Both the position numbers and the translations under genes were made by a program. Positions 1 through 11,793 of a DNA stretch of 32,076 nucleotides are shown piece by piece. The stretch is from Asterionella formosa (Eukaryota), in contig NKIB01000541.1 of NCBI GenBank assembly GCA_002256025.1, positions 1-32,076 on the forward strand. The letters are read 5' to 3'. Below the pieces are notes generated by a model. The model was not told where the DNA came from and made no database searches. It saw only the letters and a program-made list of their open reading frames with translations. Position 1 is the stretch's first letter. The number at the start of each line of letters is the position of its first letter.

Positions 1-1205
1 CACCTTTCTTTTTCATGTATTCCCTATGGTTCTAGAGGTGGGGGATGCAGCTGACAAAAAGGCAGGGCCCATTGTACCATATGGACTAATAAAACCGGTA
101 CTACTAATTGTGTCCATTCATTTGGGCCCAAGTGCGATTATTGTATAGCTTTAATGTACTATAAAATTAACTAACATTTTTTTCTTAAATGAATCCAGTA
201 ACCAACCATTCTTGAAGTGAAACTTTCAAACCAGAACTTGATACACTTTTCTTCATGTGGTTGCCTTGCTTATTTAAGGTATTTGCCACAAGAGAGTTGA
301 CCATGGTTCATGCTTATTGCAGATTTCGGCAACTGACAACATTTGCACAGTGTTCTTGTTTGGTAAAGGCCATTCCAATATTACATCCCTTAAAAGAAGA
401 GGTTCATGGGAGTCTAATGGGAGTGTTTCCAGAGAGGCAGAAATGCACCGCTTTCTGTATCTGTTGCAGAAGCACAAGATCCATATAAAAACTGACTTTC
501 TTTAATGTGCAAGGGAAAGAGGATGTGCCTTGCAACAGATTTTCTCTTCATCAGTGTTCACTGTGACTCTGGGAGGTGCTTGGTCATGTGTAAGACTTGA
601 GCTTTGTGATGCACTAGCTGATGATTTTTTGCTGCCAAGAGACAAAGGAGAAGTGCTGCTCCATGTTGCAACCACCATGCTGGGAAGGAAGAGTGGCTGG
701 TTGTTGGAAGCAGCTAATGTTGACAACTTTTCACTGATGGTGAAATATAGTGATGGTAAAAATTGTTATATATCACAATCACCAAACCAGCCCAATGCCC
801 CAACCCATGAAACAGCAATGATTGCCCACCCTCAAACCAAAATTTTGATTGGCTATGAATACAACACATAACACATCATGGGTGAACAGCGAAATCGAGA
901 TTTCAATCTTATTTTGCTGTTTAAATTTTGCCTCTTTTCCAGGTTTGATTATCAGAAAAAATGCACAGATACTGTTTGACATCATGTCACCTGGTTAGTT
1001 AATCAGAACATGTTTTCATCAGAATGTTTTTATTTCATCAGCCCCAAGGTAATGATCCTCATATGTATGACATTGTATGAATTGTCCTGTAGACCTAAGT
1101 AATAGCAACCCGGCACTGATGTACTGGAAGTATACCAGTAGTTCATTTTACGTACGTTTAGGGAGAGCAACTGAATAGCAGTCACCCAATATTTCCAATG
1201 CAAAC

Positions 1206-2403
1206 TTACATGTCCAACATTTTGTCTGCTTCCACTATTCCTTTGTCATCATAAAGGCAATGGAATGGAGTGTCATACAAGAATGTATCCATTTCAGCGG
1301 GAGAGTCTAGTTTCCCACCAGGTAGCATAAAGGGCATAGCCTGGTCACGGTCAATGTGACTGCCCAACAACCTTTCTTTTTCTTCCTGTAAATGCCAAAA
1401 CGATTAGATAACACGGCAATATATGGCAATGCTTGTCATATTCGACCAATAAATCACTTGTGGGTTGTATCTTAAAGAATTCAGACACACAACATACCTC
1501 ACCATATATCATGATAATCTTCTCACAGGTATCAGTGCTGAGGAAAACGCGAAGTACTGCATACAGAACTCTCATCCATAGTGGTGGGTCAAGGATGAAC
1601 AAGTTGCTAAGCCGCTCCGGATAATGTCTTTGGAAAATATCCATTGCAGATTTCATGACTTGTCGAGGAGGTGCAAATGCTGAATGATATGCTCCAAAGT
1701 CACAGATCCCAACACATTTTTCCTCTTTTCCCTCTGTCAGGACTTCTGTTGTTGCAATCGCCCGTTCTACCAAATATACATGCGCCATGAGAAATGCCTC
1801 ATTGTTTGCTTGTAATGAATGTCGTTTAAGTTTCACTAATAAGCATCGGAACATTTTGTCATGACCGCGTACAACGTTGGTTTGGCACTTGGCCTCGTCT
1901 TTTATGTAGTCACGATATCGTGTAGCTGTTTGGGAGTCTTCATTTAAATAATAATCATGGTCTGGTTGCATGCATGTTTTTAACAAATCCACTTTTCGTT
2001 CTCTTCTAAAATCAATCGTCGTTTGGAGGGAAAGGAGTGCCTTGGCATAGTCTTTTCCCTCTCCTATATAATGTCGTCTAGCTTCCTTCATGGCTGCTCG
2101 ATGTCGAATTTCTGCAGTCACCAAATCTGGATACATGATAGATGCTACCCAAAAAACATAGGATGTTTGGGCGGCCACATTGAGTTCGTCATCGCTGAGC
2201 TCCTCCACGAGTAACTCGCATGCTCTGGCGTCCGTCTCATCCTGAAAGGGTGGCGGGACATTTAAGATTCGTCGGACCAACTCTAAAGGCAATGTAAGTC
2301 GTGGTGGCAGTTGCTCGGTAGAAGCATCAGTAGTAGAGATGGTTGCAGTAGTCTCAGTAGCGGGCATGGACGCATTCGTTTGTTCTGCAGTGACTTTCAG
2401 CAT
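1206..2403 (-). CDS. CRAL-TRIO (Sec14-like) lipid-binding protein; exons 2403-1498 and 1385-1206
   Basis: Sec14-type motifs (GHDKMFR, ICDF, IFQRHYPERLSNLFILDPP..W..L..FLSTDTCEKI). Intron 1386-1497 (GAG|GTATGT...TTTACAG|GAA) restores a C-terminus EEKERLLG..DQAMPFMLPGGKL..FLYDTPF ending at TAA 1206. First ATG at 2403. Confidence 0.88.
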
Positions 2404-3174
2404 GACGAGGATCCCATGTATACCGGTACCGGTAGTCAGAACGACGGAAATCGCTGTTCGATGTGGGTCTGATTTTGCTGATGAACAATGCAGAAGGCTC
2501 AAATGCTCGTAGTCAGATCATTCATGGCAGGATGGGAAAACTACAATGAGTGATGGATAGTATTTGGTGGCTCGTGGTTGCACACACTTCTAACACTGAA
2601 GCAACAGTATCAATCACACTGATGATGACCATAATTTACTCGCCCATTGAGGCCATCATCAGGAATCGTCCCAACACGCTCAAACCCTTTTCTCTTCCAC
2701 CTCTTTTTAAAACAAAATCTTACTGGAAATATGTACCGGTATACAGACACTGGTACCTGGTACCGTAGTCTATTCACAGGTCAGGCATGCAAACTTACCG
2801 CGCACACCAATCAAATTATCCCCGGCCGTAAATTCCGGTAGAACCTGGTAAGTACAATCTCATCTTTATGATTGGTTAATGAATGATAGACTACTATATT
2901 TAATTCATATACACATTTATACTACATACTATATATGACCGGTATATCATATGATCGATGAATGATGGTGAAAGAAGAAATTATTAGTTTCGTGTTGGAT
3001 GGAAGCCAAATGGAAACGACCCACAATCGACCAATTGAATCCACATCATCCAAAACTATATACTACAGTAGACTGTTCCTCAATACTACATACCTTTGTC
3101 TATGAGGATTGATGCTGCATCAGTTTTGAGGATATCTATTACATGCATCATATGTAACGTACAACAAAGGCAAA

Positions 3175-3433
3175 ATGTGGAAGTTTTGTTGTCAAACAAG
3201 AAGCTGTTGTTATTCTCGTTCTACGTTCATGGCCAAAATCGCGACAACGAGCCGATGTCTTTCTTCCACTGGAAACGAAAATAAGTATTATCGACAGATA
3301 TTTGCTGCAGCTTACAAACAGAATAACAAGCGACCCGACTGGCAAACTCGGTCACCAGAGAAACTGCACAAAAACGAGGGTTTATTGCACAATAACGACA
3401 ACAACAACGACAACGACAACAACAACAGCAACA

Positions 3434-3503
<70 letters not shown>

Positions 3504-6237
3504 CAACAACAATTTATTGATAAACACATCGCATAAATTGGGAATTTTGCTTCACCAAGTGTCCCAACTTGATCCACTACCTCCTGCTTGGGATTTACAA
3601 ACGACAGTAACCCAGAAAGAATCACGACAAATGTTACTTGATGAAACGAGACAGCTTATACGTCAATTGGGAGATTCTGTGCGGGGAGGAGACTTTGATC
3701 TATCTAACCACAAGCATAAAAGGGAGATTCACAACTTTCTCGGAGAATGCTTGAGAATATATTCGCACTTGCCAGGATCCTTCAAAGCCAGTCGAGATGT
3801 TTTGGTCATTATGCGATCATGTGATTTTGATTTACTACCAACCCAATGTGAGCATTTCGTTTTGGCAGCTGCCAGGGAGAAGAGATGGATGGAAGCTGCT
3901 GAATTATTTAGAACGAGAACAGACCCGAATGCGCATGGCTTTTCTCCAGTTCATATATCTGTGCGAGAACCAGTTGGCCTATATGCCATTGCTATGGAGG
4001 CGAAACTAAATGGCAAAGACGCAGCTCAATGTGTCATGGACGCTGTATTAAACATGTCAATGGTTTCTCCCACGGATCAAGAAAAATGTAAGTTACTGGA
4101 GACATTAGAACATTTATGGTACATTTGAAATTATACTTTTTGATTTCCCTCTCACAGAAATACACACAATCCCCTCGACGAAGATGTTTTGGCCGCTGGA
4201 GCTGCGCTTGGTCGTGCAGGCGAATTCCAATCGTTGCTCAAATTTCTAAGAACTAGCTACGACAAAGAGAGACTGGGTCAAGCTCTTGTTGCAAGTGCAA
4301 TGCACGCGTGTATCCTGTGCGCACAGAATGACGAAGCCTTGAATGTGTACAATGGCTCGGCACAGGTGATTCATGGGGATTGGCAGTGGGGCGGGCGAAT
4401 CTTGGATCCCATTTTTGCTGAATTGGCAATGCGAGCAAGCGGTGGAATGCCCAATAGAAGCGAGTTGGCCTTGAATCTACTGCAGCAAGCAAAAAAAGAC
4501 GGTCGAAAGGTAAGCGTCGAGGCGATTCATGGAGTTGTATCTGCCTGCGATTGGGATGGCCGTTGGGAAAATGCATTGTCAATTTTTCTTTCTATTTTCG
4601 AAGAGGAACCGCATTGGGTTGCTGATGGAGACGACCTGTTAGATAACTGTATCTACGATGTAGAAGGAAATGCTCGTATCAAGAAGGATGCCGTAGGGAA
4701 GATCGTAGTCCCTACCATGAGCGCGTGTAACCGAGCAGGTGAATTCGCGATATCCTTAATGTGTGTTGGCTTACTTCAGCTTCGTAACCATGATGATATA
4801 CATGGGTTAGATGAGAAGAGTGACATTGATATAGTGAGTGACCATCATCTTCCTTTTATACTTGGATTTGAAAACATGCAAGAGATTCTCGTTGTAACCA
4901 TGACTGCTTTATGTGGTCTACAGTCACATCATCTTGCCATTAAACTATACGAGAATGTGAAATGCATACATTTTGGTCAGCTTTCAATTGATGCAGAAGA
5001 ATGCTACAAACACGCAAAAAGCCTACCAATCGATGAGCATGGTTTGCTCTTTTCTAAAACGTGGGAGCGCACGTACACAAATATTTATCGATTTGCTGCA
5101 ATCGTATCGCGTTGGAACTCAGCATCTGAGGAGTACATGACAGCCCATACAGAACGCATAGTCATGCTAATTGCTCCTATCATGCGTGGATTGACTGCTG
5201 TCGGTCAGCCCAAAGCTAGTATCTTTTTTGCTGAACAAATAGAGGCAACCTTCTCAATCAAAGCGAAAGGAATCTTTGCCTCCATCTTTGAGATGGGTAA
5301 AACAATGGACAGTAACGCACAAAAGCTCCACAAGGATGACGGGATTTTGGCAGAGAAGATTCGTGCATATCACAGCATTGGAGCCAGTGATGATGCTGTC
5401 AAGCTCTTCCGAGATGTCACGGGCTCCGATATTGTGTCTGGTTTGAAATCCTGGCCTAAAAGCACAAATGCAGCATTAACAACGCTGCTCCATGTCGATG
5501 CGATCGACGATGCTGTCGAACTATTTGAAACGTTTGATTGGTCAAGTCGGGATCCTGACAGCTATTTGATAATTGCCCGAGGACTGGCTAAGTTGGAATT
5601 ATGGCCTTCGGTTATTGACATTTATGGCGTAGCAAGTGACGCAGGCTGCCTCACAGAAGAACTAGCCTTGCTAGCAATGAAGTCGATGGACCGAATCGTT
5701 CTTAAGGAATACGATGGATATGGCGAGATCAAGTTCTTTCGCGTTCGCTACATTTCGATGGCGATTAGCGAAATCGTCGGGATAAACGAACAAATATGGA
5801 TCAAGGAAAGGTATTGGGTGCTGAAGGACATGCTGTCGTTTGATTGCATTCGTTACTTAAATGGTTGGGACGATGATGTGTCATTAATTTCACATGAACT
5901 CGACCTTGCAATATCACAGTTTGAAGAATCCAGAAGAGCAGGATTGAAACCCAATGTCGAAGCTCTTGCTACAATTGTGAAACGCATCGGAAACGTTGAT
6001 ACATTAAAGCTATACGATGATGATGTAAGTCGATGGGAAAAGATTCTCTCGTCGGTAATTGCGGAGGCTCGTAGTACCACCCTTGCTACAGATCCAAGAT
6101 TCATCCATTGCGCCATGAGGGCGTGGCAAGTTCTCAAGAACGACAATGAATACATTGCCATGGCGGCTTTTGCAGTTGAACAAGGTGTGAATCTCAGCGT
6201 AGAGGACATAGAGATTTTGGGTGATGAAAAAGGCTGA
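3175..6237 (+). CDS. PPR/TPR-like helical-repeat protein, possibly organelle-targeted; exons 3175-4087 and 4184-6237
   Basis: Two long ORFs join in frame through intron 4088-4183 (GTAAGT...GAAG), giving DQEKYVLAAGAALGRAG. Degenerate PPR-like motifs (AIHGVVSACDWDGRWENALSIF; SAMHACILCAQNDEALNVY). The N-terminus is R/S/T-rich and lacks acidic residues. Confidence 0.75.
3391..3513 (+). repeat. Compound coding microsatellite (AAC/GAC)n-(AGC)19-(AAC)n encoding poly-Asn/poly-Ser
   Basis: Directly visible; the perfect AGC run spans 3439-3495 in frame with the 3175 ORF. Confidence 0.97.
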
Positions 6238-6547
6238 CATGGGATTTTTTCCGAACAGGTTGTTTTGTCATCGCGGACCTAGTGAATCGTCAGGATTGCC
6301 CAGCGAAATAGTTGTGATCGAAAAGAACGGCATTTACACAATCCTGTATTACGTTCTTCGTTAATGAGCGTAAATTGAGCAATAATCAGTGGATAAACGC
6401 CCACTTGCCTTTGCTTAACAAATGTGAATGCGGAGCGAATGGACAAGTTTGGTAGCACACCACAACACACACAAGTGTTGACCATTGGCATCACTATTTT
6501 CCAGATTTCCATTCAGGAACCTGAATGTGTAGTAATTACTACTTAGT

Positions 6548-8380
6548 TTAGATTACGTGACTGTCAATAAATGCTAGAAAACGGGTAGCGTATTCGTCTG
6601 GTGGGACACAGCTTATTGCTCTCGTATCGTAGCCCATAAGCCCTTTGAATTGTCGTTCGACGACTTTTTTGGTTGTCCAGGGTTGCAGAAAGTCAATGAT
6701 GCCAATGTAATACATTGCACGCTTCCCGTTACGTTTACCTTTGATCAACGAAAGCGCCCCACCATCAATACCACAGATTCCTGCACCATAATAGGGTAGT
6801 GGTCGAGTCACTATCGAAGAAATCATTGTGTCAGTTTTCTCCCATAATCGGCGACCAAAGTATATAGCCGGCGCTCCAAGTATCCGAAAAGGAGTGGCTA
6901 TAGTAGCAAAAAAAACTGTACAAAAGCTTGTCTTCTTTTTGAGGCGTCTTAGCATTTGTGATTCATACGCTTCACTTTTCTCGAACGCCTCCAACGACGA
7001 AGCATCAAGTTTCCTTGAATTCATATTCACAACTCCAACCAAAAGGCTATAGTCCATAACGTTGCACTCCACCAACAGTTTAACATCCCGACGTAGTTGC
7101 GAGAGCAGCGCAGACTTCGCGGTGGCTCCAATATTGATTCCGTAGGAAGATTGGTACCTCGGACTTTCGAGAGATCGAACCAATTCGACTTCTCTTGCTA
7201 GGTCGAGGTCCTTTAGGATCGCGTTGCTGCCTTTCTGTAGCTTCTCCTCTTCAGAGCATTCACGTCCAACCGTTGAGCCTTTCAGATCGTATCGCTCTGA
7301 AATGAATTTCGAACCTTCAGCTGGAAACACAGAATTCATGACAACAAAAACCTCCTCGTCGGTTTTTGAGGGCATCAACTTCTCCTTGAAACTGTTTATT
7401 ATTCCTGTAGGTTTGGGCGTATCGGCATCCATTGAGACACTGTACATTCCGAAGAATCGTGTCAGTAGCGATTTTCGGCCATTTCGTCGCATGTATTTGT
7501 GATATTTTGGAAGCATGTCAAGAAAGGCACCAACTTCTCCACGTTTAATCGTTTTGATCATGTAAGAACCATCTCTCGTAAAGAAAAAGACACCACCGGA
7601 CCTAGCAGCACCCTTGGAGTTACTTTGAAACGAGACAAAGGGACCACTGCAGAGTATCGATTTTATAAAGTCAGTTTCAGATACGCCAAATCGAGCACGG
7701 AGGTCTTGAAACGTTTGCGGAGCGAAGGCTGTTATCTTGGCGCATCGAGGAGGCTCATCTGATTCCATCCCATTGCAGTCAATATTTGCAACTAATCTAG
7801 ACCGGTAGTCCCAGTCTTCTTCCCCAGTGCCAATATCACGCCAGTCCTCATCTTGCTCTGGACTCCTCCAGAGTGCCGCCTTCCAGGATGCAACATATTT
7901 TGCAGCTGAGAGGAGACCGAACACAGCTACGTGCTGGATTCTCTGTATGGACAGGAAAGACGGAAGCGGCGGAAATTTAAACAATCGATGCCAGGATTCT
8001 AGCCCCTTTTCCTCTGCAAGGATCCCCTCTATGTAATCATCGAGTTCTTGGGTGTCGTTATACAGTGCCATTTGAATATGCTCAAGATCAAAGGAGTAGG
8101 GTGGATTTGGATCCCTCAAGGTGTCATCAACCAACTCATACGCAAATAGATGAGGTGCTACAGACAAGCGCACACTCTCTTGAAATGCAAATGACAGTTC
8201 CCACAACAACGACGACTCCGTTTCATTGCGACCAGTAGGCCCCATAATCAACTGACCATCCATCACCCCAATCTGATCATGTTCCATCAAATAGAGGCCT
8301 CTTGATCCTGCTCTCAGAGTAGCAATGATCGTCGAAGCGTATGCCAAGACTGCCAGTGCCCCGTCCAACCAGACTACCAT
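6548..8380 (-). CDS. Phosphatidylinositol phosphate kinase (PIP5K family)
   Basis: FAPQTFQDLRARFG, RSGGVFFFTRDGSYMIKT, SLLTRFFG, VVMNSVF, YDLKGS, LKDLD, MDYSLLVG, YYIGIIDFLQ and ISCVPPDEYATRF motifs. First ATG at 8380. Confidence 0.95.
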   Translation of the reverse strand: MVVWLDGALAVLAYASTIIATLRAGSRGLYLMEHDQIGVMDGQLIMGPTGRNETESSLLWELSFAFQESVRLSVAPHLFAYELVDDTLRDPNPPYSFDLEHIQMALYNDTQELDDYIEGILAEEKGLESWHRLFKFPPLPSFLSIQRIQHVAVFGLLSAAKYVASWKAALWRSPEQDEDWRDIGTGEEDWDYRSRLVANIDCNGMESDEPPRCAKITAFAPQTFQDLRARFGVSETDFIKSILCSGPFVSFQSNSKGAARSGGVFFFTRDGSYMIKTIKRGEVGAFLDMLPKYHKYMRRNGRKSLLTRFFGMYSVSMDADTPKPTGIINSFKEKLMPSKTDEEVFVVMNSVFPAEGSKFISERYDLKGSTVGRECSEEEKLQKGSNAILKDLDLAREVELVRSLESPRYQSSYGINIGATAKSALLSQLRRDVKLLVECNVMDYSLLVGVVNMNSRKLDASSLEAFEKSEAYESQMLRRLKKKTSFCTVFFATIATPFRILGAPAIYFGRRLWEKTDTMISSIVTRPLPYYGAGICGIDGGALSLIKGKRNGKRAMYYIGIIDFLQPWTTKKVVERQFKGLMGYDTRAISCVPPDEYATRFLAFIDSHVI

Positions 8381-8544
8381 GACAGTGGGACACACGTGCC
8401 AAGCCGCCAACAAGAAATTGGCGGTCTATTTACCGAGCGATAGTACACTGGCTTTGCAAAGCAACGCTGAGGACGCGACATCATTATCGTCAAAAGAAAG
8501 CCATCAGGTATTTATAACCTGTATTAGTATATAGTCTACAGAGA

Positions 8545-9045
8545 CTACCAGGGTGACGGTATCTAGTACGATAGACTACCAGTACCTGGTACCGGTAATG
8601 GTAAAACAACATACCGGTACACACACCAATTCTCCATAGTGCCGGAGCTCCCTGTTACCCAGCATATGGAACCTGTTTGTAGTAAGTACCAGGTACTGGC
8701 CTGGAAACTTTTCTAATATAATATCTAAAAATGCATTTATAACCTTCTCTATTTTTTATATGTACACATAAGATATGATCCACCTGGTACCCTGGTACCA
8801 GGTACGGTACCAGGACGTACCTGGTACCAGGGTACCAGGTACTATAAGTTAGTACTACCCATTACTTTCCAGTCCTGGTACCAGGCTACCTGGTACGTAA
8901 GATAGAGCAGCAGCGTAATTTGAGTTTCTTTGAGTGTTGTGGGAGACACGGAACGAGACTACCGGTACCCGGTACCTGGTACCAGGTACCTGGCACCTGT
9001 CGTAGTATGTATCCGGTTTTGGCTGTACCAGGTACCAGGTACATA
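8545..9045. repeat. Dense array of palindromic TACCWGG/TACCGG units between divergent genes
   Basis: Examples: CCTGGTACCCTGGTACCAGGTACGGTACCAGG (from 8783) and TACCGGTACCCGGTACCTGGTACCAGGTACCTGG (from 8960). Confidence 0.9.
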
Positions 9046-9247
9046 AAAGAAGTACAAGTAGTTCACTTCGAAGATGTTCGAAGTTGATCTCCAAAGCAGC
9101 GACACTGCTTTCATTTTATGACAGGGACACTCCAACAAGCAAATCAACAATGTTACGAAGCGAAGTTGGCTCACAATTTATTAAAATTCTAAAGACGATC
9201 TTTTCGAACGAGAACTATAGCAAGGAAAGGACTACCAACGATCGAAC

Positions 9248-10150
9248 ATGACCGTGACAACGAAGGAAACAAACAATTCGCGAACCAATGATATCGAACT
9301 CGATACGCAAGCATTGCGCTTGTCGGACGCTGACTTGCAAGGCGAAAGAAAGATTACATTGTCGCCCACGTCGAACGAACATCAAGCTACTGAATGCCTG
9401 TATCAGCAGGGCACGGAAAATAAGTTTTGCCCATATCGCTTTGTTCCACTCGAAATGGGAGGTAACGGGGGGACGCATAAGCCCTCCACTGGATCTGCTA
9501 GTTTGATTGATGAAGTTCCTTTGGAAAAACTTAAAGAAATGACTGAGTTATTTTATGACAAGGCATTCCAGGATCCCACAGTGGATCAGTTCATTCGCTC
9601 TCACGACGATCCGCATGGAGAGCGATTTGCCAAGTGGATCCACCAAAAGTTAAGTGGATCAACAGTGTGGGATGAAGATCGGAGGAAACGAGACACTACA
9701 CCCGTGGAGGTGGCTGGTGGACGACTTGCTGTAGTTCATGACCGAAGTTCTGCACATGCTGCTGCTTGGTACAGTCCCAAGAGGCCAAAGCGTGATGTTG
9801 GTCGCCACTTCAATTTAGAGGAGTGTCGTGTGTGGATGCGTCTACATTTTTGGGCGTTGCGCGAGTCTGGGTTGGTGGAATCGAATCCATCTTTTGTCGA
9901 CTATTATGTTCGTTTCATTGGACATTTTGTAAGAGTCTATGAAGGGGCAGCACCTATGTTTGCCCGAGAAAGCTTCCGCTGGTCTGCAGACCCATCCAAC
10001 ACCAAGCTGTACTTGAATAATGGACGGAAGATGAAAGATGTACAAGGCCTTCTGCTTCGGCAAGCAATTGCTCAACTTCCTGAGCATGAAGCAAATGATT
10101 CTGATTGGCCCTACAATCAATCTCCTGAACATAATGATCAAGAATGGTGA
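9248..10150 (+). CDS. Truncated (2/2) haemoglobin-like protein with N- and C-terminal extensions
   Basis: LFYDKAFQDP..DQFI (B10 Tyr/CD1 region), W..QKLSGS..W, candidate proximal His (SSAHAAAW), and F..EECRVWMRLHFWAL resembling the G helix of group II trHbs. Confidence 0.7.
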   Translation: MTVTTKETNNSRTNDIELDTQALRLSDADLQGERKITLSPTSNEHQATECLYQQGTENKFCPYRFVPLEMGGNGGTHKPSTGSASLIDEVPLEKLKEMTELFYDKAFQDPTVDQFIRSHDDPHGERFAKWIHQKLSGSTVWDEDRRKRDTTPVEVAGGRLAVVHDRSSAHAAAWYSPKRPKRDVGRHFNLEECRVWMRLHFWALRESGLVESNPSFVDYYVRFIGHFVRVYEGAAPMFARESFRWSADPSNTKLYLNNGRKMKDVQGLLLRQAIAQLPEHEANDSDWPYNQSPEHNDQEW

Positions 10151-10294
10151 CCCTTGCGATTAGTAAGTTTTGGAGTGTTACATGGCTGCTCAAAATAGCT
10201 TGAAGTAAAATAAGAACAAACTAAGCAAAAACTCTAAAATAATAATTAGCACACAAACTTGTAGGTTTCTGTTATATGGATTGGTGAACATCAC

Positions 10295-10876
10295 TCAACG
10301 AAAGATTGACCCAATTGGAATGAGTTCTGGACGAGGAAAGCCCAAATCCTCAGGATCTAGCTCATTTAGATTAGAGCTTTCTCTCCTTGGATAGCACCAA
10401 AGAATAATACGCTTTGAAAGTTTCTCTAGCTGGCAAAATTGAAAGTCATTTTTGTCATGTGACTGGACCATCAATGTTGCGCTCTCGTATGGAATGATTT
10501 CTTGCAGGCGGTATGTTACTTGAATATTATCACTGAAAGCATGCATTATATCTCGTTTTGGTTTTTCCACTGTAGGGTCTTGGCACAGGTCATCCCTTCC
10601 TCTCTTTGGCTTTGCTCTGGCTTTCTTTGATACTCCAGATTCTCCAACTTCGACTGTGTGTGATTGTTTCGGCCATCGCTTTGCACGATACGCTATGATC
10701 TCTTTCTCAAACTGTTTTCGAAGGATTTTATCGCCAAGTAAGACAATGAGCTCTTGCTTGTGTTCCGGCACTGAGTGAAACCAAGCAGTGTCTTGTCGGC
10801 GTAGGTGAATCAATACCTCGACCGTGTGTGTCGTTCCGACAATTAGCTCGAGCGAAACTCGGGTTTTTTGGTTCAT
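10295..10876 (-). CDS. Uncharacterised protein, SLX4IP/UPF0492-like N-terminal domain (tentative)
   Basis: Clean ORF from ATG 10876. VLIHL..QDTAWF...HKQELIVLL and IQVTY resemble, from memory, metazoan SLX4IP VDLHI...KDTSWF...KKEEVCLLL and FQITAY. Confidence 0.5.
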   Translation of the reverse strand: MNQKTRVSLELIVGTTHTVEVLIHLRRQDTAWFHSVPEHKQELIVLLGDKILRKQFEKEIIAYRAKRWPKQSHTVEVGESGVSKKARAKPKRGRDDLCQDPTVEKPKRDIMHAFSDNIQVTYRLQEIIPYESATLMVQSHDKNDFQFCQLEKLSKRIILWCYPRRESSNLNELDPEDLGFPRPELIPIGSIFR

Positions 10877-11793
10877 CGAATCAGCGATGCAAGCATCAAC
10901 AAGATCATTCAAATTGGCAGATGGAAAAAAGCGCGAAGAGTCGTTAATAGCGAATGGAGGCGTGCGCCATGGTCACAGCCACTGGTTGGGACGCGCGATG
11001 CATTGACAAGCACCCCGGGATTTTCTGTACTGGTATGCTAATTGTCCTTTGACATGTGAGTCTTGTACGGTTTGGAGTACGTAGAATCGACAAAAAAACA
11101 CAATGAAGATGCAGTAGACTACCGGTACTACCAGGTACTGGCGCTAAGATAAAGCCACTGGTCAAATGTAATTTTGTTTTTTTACTCCAAAAGCAAAAAT
11201 GCATGTCACACCACCGTTGGTAACAGTTTTTGGCGAGAACGTCGTATCGCATGATGCGCAATAATTGATGTCAGTTGACATTTTCCTTGTGGTTTTGTCC
11301 TCGCTGCGTTGGGCATCATTCCGAATTAATTACTAAGAAACAATCATTTGATTACCGTGTGATTATTTGAATATATTTGATTGCCAAATCAAGTGCTTTA
11401 TTTACTACGAATGAAATATTTATAATCCAAATAAAAAAGGCTTGTATAATTGAAATAAATACACTACCGGTAGACGCTTTTATACGCGGTTGGGTGTCAA
11501 AGTCCGAGAGAGTGAATCATCATATCTAGCGATCTGGTACCGAGGACGATGACCGAGGGCTTTTGAAAGCGAAATAAACAAGTATTAACACAAGACTTCT
11601 TTGGTTAGTCCTAATTTGGTAGCCCCTAACAGTTTTCGATAAGTTGAATCAAGTAAAATTGAGTTCCAACCCATGTAGATTTATGTTTTTATGATTGTAT
11701 TTTTGCATGTGCATTTTCTTTGTAAAATGAAATACCCAGCGATGCTGGCTTAAAATTGATGAATCATATCATTGCTCGTCTCGTTTATGCTTT

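Noticed and set aside
65..129. GGGCCC-bounded imperfect hairpin as a MITE
   Set aside because: Weak pairing, no TSD and a single copy in the window.
3227..3625. Poly-Cys, poly-Leu and poly-Ala/Thr ORFs
   Set aside because: Alternative-frame readings of the AAC/AGC microsatellite.
4153..4157. Alternative CAG acceptor for the PPR-like gene intron
   Set aside because: Splicing there creates an immediate TAA stop.
8545..9045. CRISPR-like or telomeric array
   Set aside because: Units are only 6-8 nt, in mixed orientation, with no regular spacers and no cas genes; the context is eukaryotic and interstitial.
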